DNA of 64,000 nucleotides from Alphaproteobacteria bacterium (GTDB lineage Bacteria; Pseudomonadota; Alphaproteobacteria; CALMVH01): NCBI GenBank assembly GCA_965199265.1, contig CBDAQV010000001.1, positions 444,409 to 508,408 of the forward strand, read 5' to 3'. Shown piece by piece: positions 60,044 to 64,000 of this stretch (position 1 is its first letter; each line of letters starts with the position of its first letter). The notes under the pieces were generated by a model. It saw only the letters and a program-made list of their open reading frames with translations, ran no database searches and was not told where the DNA came from. The position numbers and the translations under genes were made by a program.

Positions 60044-61513
60044 TTAATTTCTTCGCGAGGCAAACGCCGTGACCAGGATCAACACTGCGAACACCGAATC
60101 GCCGAACCGAGCATAGAAGGGTTCAGCGGCAAGGGCTTGCGGCAGGCTGACGTCCAGGATCCCCTGCGCTGCAAGGGGAAGCTCACCCAGGACGCGCCCA
60201 TAGGGATCGACCGCGCCGGTTATTCCGGTGTTGCCGACGCGCATCAACGGCAAGCCCTGCTCAACGGCGCGGGCGCGAGCCATCGCAAAATGCTGGTACG
60301 GCCCGGAACTGGTGCCGAACCAGCCGTCATTGGTGATCTGCAGCAGCCAGCCGGGGCGCGTGCCCGCCTGAACCACACGCTCGGGGAAAATCGCCTCATA
60401 GCAGATCAGCGGGCTGAACGGCGGAAGATTTTTCACCCTCAGCGTTCGAGGACCCTTTCCGGGCGTCAAGTCCACCGCGCCGACCGCCAGCGCGTCAAGG
60501 TGCAGCACCGAACGGAACGGCATGTACTCGCCGAACGGGGCAAGGTGGGCCTTGTCGTAATGGCCGAGCCGGTTGCCAGCGGCATCGACGGCCTCCAGGC
60601 TGTTATAGTAATGCGCGTCTGCGCCGTGGCCGTCCGCGCGCACCACTCCGGTCAGGACCACCCCGTCCGGCGGCAGGATCGAACCGATGACCTTCGGAAC
60701 TTCCGGGTATGCGTCGAAGGGGTAGGGAACGGCGGTTTCCGGCCACACGAACACGTTCGGCAGCGCCCCCGCCGCAGGCTGTTTCGAAAGTCGCAGCAGC
60801 GTATCGAAATGGGCCTGCGACAAAGCCTGCGTCCATTTCTCGCCTTGGGATATGTTTGGCTGGACCATCCTGATCGTGATGCCGGGCGTCGTGGCCACGG
60901 CGCTGGAGGGCACGCGTAAGGCTCCCCAGAGCGCCAGCGCCGCCAGGACGCCAAGACCGCCTGCGGTCCACGCCAGCGCGCGCCGAAAGGAGTAGTCTGC
61001 CGCGCCGAACAGCGATGGCAGGCACGCCGCAACGATCGTGAGGTAGCCTAGCGCGTAGGCGCCCAGGAACGAGTAGCTTTGCAGGACCGGCAGCCACGCA
61101 ATCCAGGTGTGCGCCGTCAGGTTCCAGGGAAATCCGGTCAGGAAATGTCCCCTGATCCACTCGCCGACGGTCAGCCAGGCGGCAAAGGCGAAGACGCGGC
61201 GCACTCCAGCCAGCCTAAGCCGCCACCACATCATGCAGGCGAAGCCGGGGATGAAGCCGAGCAGGATCGGCAGGAGCGTGCTGGAGAACGGCACCGCCCA
61301 CCACCAGTGGGCGATGTCGGTGAACATGGAAACGCTGGTCCAGTAGAACCCGACGGCGAACTGGCCGAAGCCGAATGCCCAGCCGATCAGGCAGGCCTTG
61401 CGGTGGCTTTCGGCGCCGTTCAGCTGCCAGAGCAGAAGGGGGTAGGCGACGAACAGCGCCGGGGCCGCATAAAGCGGCGGAAAGGCCAGCGCTGATACGA
61501 CGCCGAGCATTGC
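60044..61513 (-). CDS. lnt: Apolipoprotein N-acyltransferase.
   Basis: Multi-TM N-terminal domain plus a C-terminal CN-hydrolase domain (VVQPNI...E..., ICYEAIFPE). The start is chosen at the internal MLGVVSALAF to avoid a 95-nt overlap with corC; it could be the upstream ATG at 61651. Confidence 0.8.
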   Translation of the reverse strand, partial: AMLGVVSALAFPPLYAAPALFVAYPLLLWQLNGAESHRKACLIGWAFGFGQFAVGFYWTSVSMFTDIAHWWWAVPFSSTLLPILLGFIPGFACMMWWRLRLAGVRRVFAFAAWLTVGEWIRGHFLTGFPWNLTAHTWIAWLPVLQSYSFLGAYALGYLTIVAACLPSLFGAADYSFRRALAWTAGGLGVLAALALWGALRVPSSAVATTPGITIRMVQPNISQGEKWTQALSQAHFDTLLRLSKQPAAGALPNVFVWPETAVPYPFDAYPEVPKVIGSILPPDGVVLTGVVRADGHGADAHYYNSLEAVDAAGNRLGHYDKAHLAPFGEYMPFRSVLHLDALAVGAVDLTPGKGPRTLRVKNLPPFSPLICYEAIFPERVVQAGTRPGWLLQITNDGWFGTSSGPYQHFAMARARAVEQGLPLMRVGNTGITGAVDPYGRVLGELPLAAQGILDVSLPQALAAEPFYARFGDSVFAVLILVTAFASRRN

Positions 61514-61556
61514 CGCCAGTGCCGGACGGCGCAAGCCGCGGAGCGCCGATATGGAA

Positions 61557-62471
<915 letters not shown>

Positions 62472-62477
62472 CTTTGG

Positions 62478-62987
62478 TCAGTTAACGTCCATGTTAAGAA
62501 TATAAGGATCGGCGACGCCGATATCAGCAAGTATCTGCGTTTCCAGAGATTCCATGCGTTCCGCCTCGTCTTGCGCCTCGTGATCGTGGCCGAGCAGATG
62601 GAGAACGCCGTGCACGAGCAGATGTTTCGTGTGATCCGCGCAGGATTTTCCAGATTCGTCCGCTTCGCGCATCACCGTCCCGAAGGCAAGCACCACGTCG
62701 CCCAGCGGCAACGGCATGAACTCGTCACTGGAAACAGGCGGCACGCCGACCGGAAACGACAGGACGTTGGTCGGCTTGTCCTTGCCGCGGTAGGCTCGGT
62801 TGAGGCTCTGCACGAACCGGTCGTCGGCGAAAGTAAGGCCGATCTCGACCGGCCGCGGCGATGCGGCAAGCTGGGGCGCTGCGTGACTCAGCGCGCTCCG
62901 CACGGTGGACTCGGCCTCGGAACGCAAATCCGGTACGGCGCACTCCCACGATTCGTCTGCGATGTCGAAGGCAACCAGCAAGGGCAT
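62478..62987 (-). CDS. ybeY: Endoribonuclease YbeY (rRNA maturation).
   Basis: HGVLHLLGHDH metal-binding motif. The start is at the internal MPLLVAFDIAD. Confidence 0.85.
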   Translation of the reverse strand: MPLLVAFDIADESWECAVPDLRSEAESTVRSALSHAAPQLAASPRPVEIGLTFADDRFVQSLNRAYRGKDKPTNVLSFPVGVPPVSSDEFMPLPLGDVVLAFGTVMREADESGKSCADHTKHLLVHGVLHLLGHDHEAQDEAERMESLETQILADIGVADPYILNMDVN

Positions 62988-62988
62988 C

Positions 62989-63972
62989 TCAGCCACGCTC
63001 CCGCGTACGACGCTCGTAGGCCTGGACAATGCGCGCGACCAGAGGATGGCGCACGACGTCGGTGTCGGAGAACTGGAGCACGCCGATCCCCGGCGTTCCT
63101 TCCAGAACGTCGAGCGCGTCGCGCAGGCCCGACAGCTGGCCATAAGGCAGGTCGACCTGCGTCAGGTCGCCGGTGATCACCATGCGGCTGTTCTCGCCCA
63201 GCCGCGTCAGGACCATCTTCATCTGCACGGGCGTCGTGTTCTGCGCCTCGTCGAGCAGCACGAAGGCGTTCGACAAAGTACGCCCGCGCATGAACGCCAG
63301 CGGCGCCACTTCGATCAGGCCCTGCGTCATGCGCTTCTCGACGATCTCCCCCGGCATCAGGTCGGCCAGCGCGTCGAAGATCGGGCGCAGGTACGGATCG
63401 ATCTTCTCGCGCAAGTCTCCCGGCAGGAAGCCAAGCCGCTCGCCCGCCTCCACTGCGGGGCGCGAGAGGATCAGGCGCTCGATCTGGCCGGACTGCATCA
63501 TCGCAACCGCCTGCGCTACCGCAAGGAACGTCTTGCCGGTGCCCGCCGGCCCCAAGGCGAAGACCAAATTGTTTTCCTCCATCAGTTTCAGGTACTCGGC
63601 CTGCGCCGGGGTGCGCGGCGCGATCGAGCGCCGGCGGGTTTTCAGCTTCAGGTCGTGCGGCGTGCCCATCCCGGCGCCGGCTTCGCGCAGTTCGCGCGCC
63701 ATCCGCACCGCGGCATCGACGTCGCCCGTCGTGACCGGCAGGCTGTCCTGCAACCGGTTCCAGAGCGAGATCAGCGCCATCTCGGCGGTTGCCGCCGCTT
63801 TCTGTGCGCCGGATATGGTGAGCACGTTGCCACGCGAGGCGATATTGACGCCCAGCTGGTGTTCGATCCGGGTCAGGTTGGTGTCGTGCTCGCCGTAAAG
63901 CAACGGCATCAGCCGGTTGTCGGGAAAACTGAGTTCCACCTTGTGCGGCGGAACGGGAGCCCTTGTGTCCAA
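62989..63972 (-). CDS. phoH: PhoH-like ATPase (YbeZ).
   Basis: Walker A GPAGTGKTFLAV, then FLPGDL and VITGDLTQVDLP match the PhoH family. Confidence 0.9.
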   Translation of the reverse strand: MDTRAPVPPHKVELSFPDNRLMPLLYGEHDTNLTRIEHQLGVNIASRGNVLTISGAQKAAATAEMALISLWNRLQDSLPVTTGDVDAAVRMARELREAGAGMGTPHDLKLKTRRRSIAPRTPAQAEYLKLMEENNLVFALGPAGTGKTFLAVAQAVAMMQSGQIERLILSRPAVEAGERLGFLPGDLREKIDPYLRPIFDALADLMPGEIVEKRMTQGLIEVAPLAFMRGRTLSNAFVLLDEAQNTTPVQMKMVLTRLGENSRMVITGDLTQVDLPYGQLSGLRDALDVLEGTPGIGVLQFSDTDVVRHPLVARIVQAYERRTRERG

Positions 63973-64000
63973 ACTCTACGCCTTTACTGGCTGAGGCATG

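Overview
High-GC (about 65% by eye) alphaproteobacterial chromosome segment. Gene content (bifunctional tal-pgi, GH15 glucoamylase) suggests Sphingomonadales, but that is inference only. Almost every real gene was recovered from the six-frame track by protein-family recognition; the many long GC-rich shadow ORFs were ignored.

Layout from left to right:
- Partial phosphomannomutase gene at the 5' edge.
- Minus-strand run degP - rarA - crcB - rluC - atp12.
- Minus-strand rpsM - rpsK - rpoA - rplQ, then a small secreted Cys-rich protein.
- znuA-like remnant and a spermidine-synthase-like gene.
- PurM-like gene whose 5' end is overlapped by a lower-GC accessory island: vapD with a small partner ORF, a hypothetical, an IS5-family transposase, and a low-GC nucleotidyltransferase abutting gntK.
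- GH15 glucoamylase.
- Second low-GC patch: GH73/FlgJ-type glucosaminidase with an apparent frameshift, plus overlapping hypothetical ORFs.
- Plus-strand pentose-phosphate/glycolysis operon: tkt, tal-pgi fusion, gnd, zwf, Cof-type HAD, class I FBA, rpe, pgl, rpiA.
- AsmA-like giant protein, then a murI remnant.
- Minus-strand suf operon: rrf2 - sufB - small zinc-ribbon membrane ORF - sufC - sufD - sufS - sufU - sufT - sufA.
- Amidase, fur-family regulator, nitronate monooxygenase-like gene, GDPD.
- Minus-strand pnp - rpsO - truB - rbfA - membrane transporter - infB - ylxR - nusA - rimP.
- Minus-strand trmB - metK, an XRE regulator, and lnt - corC - ybeY - phoH.

Most notable observations:
- A family of about 70-130 bp palindromic REP/MITE-like elements with GTCATCC...GGATGAC termini, present in at least 7 copies. 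One sits in-frame inside the trmB 5' coding region, one splits sufC from sufD, and one lies in the rpsO-pnp leader.
- A second hairpin repeat type (CCTCTCCC-n3-GGGAGAGG followed by AGGGTGAGGG).
- A translationally coupled zinc-ribbon membrane ORF inside the suf operon.
- No rRNA, tRNA or CRISPR array was found.
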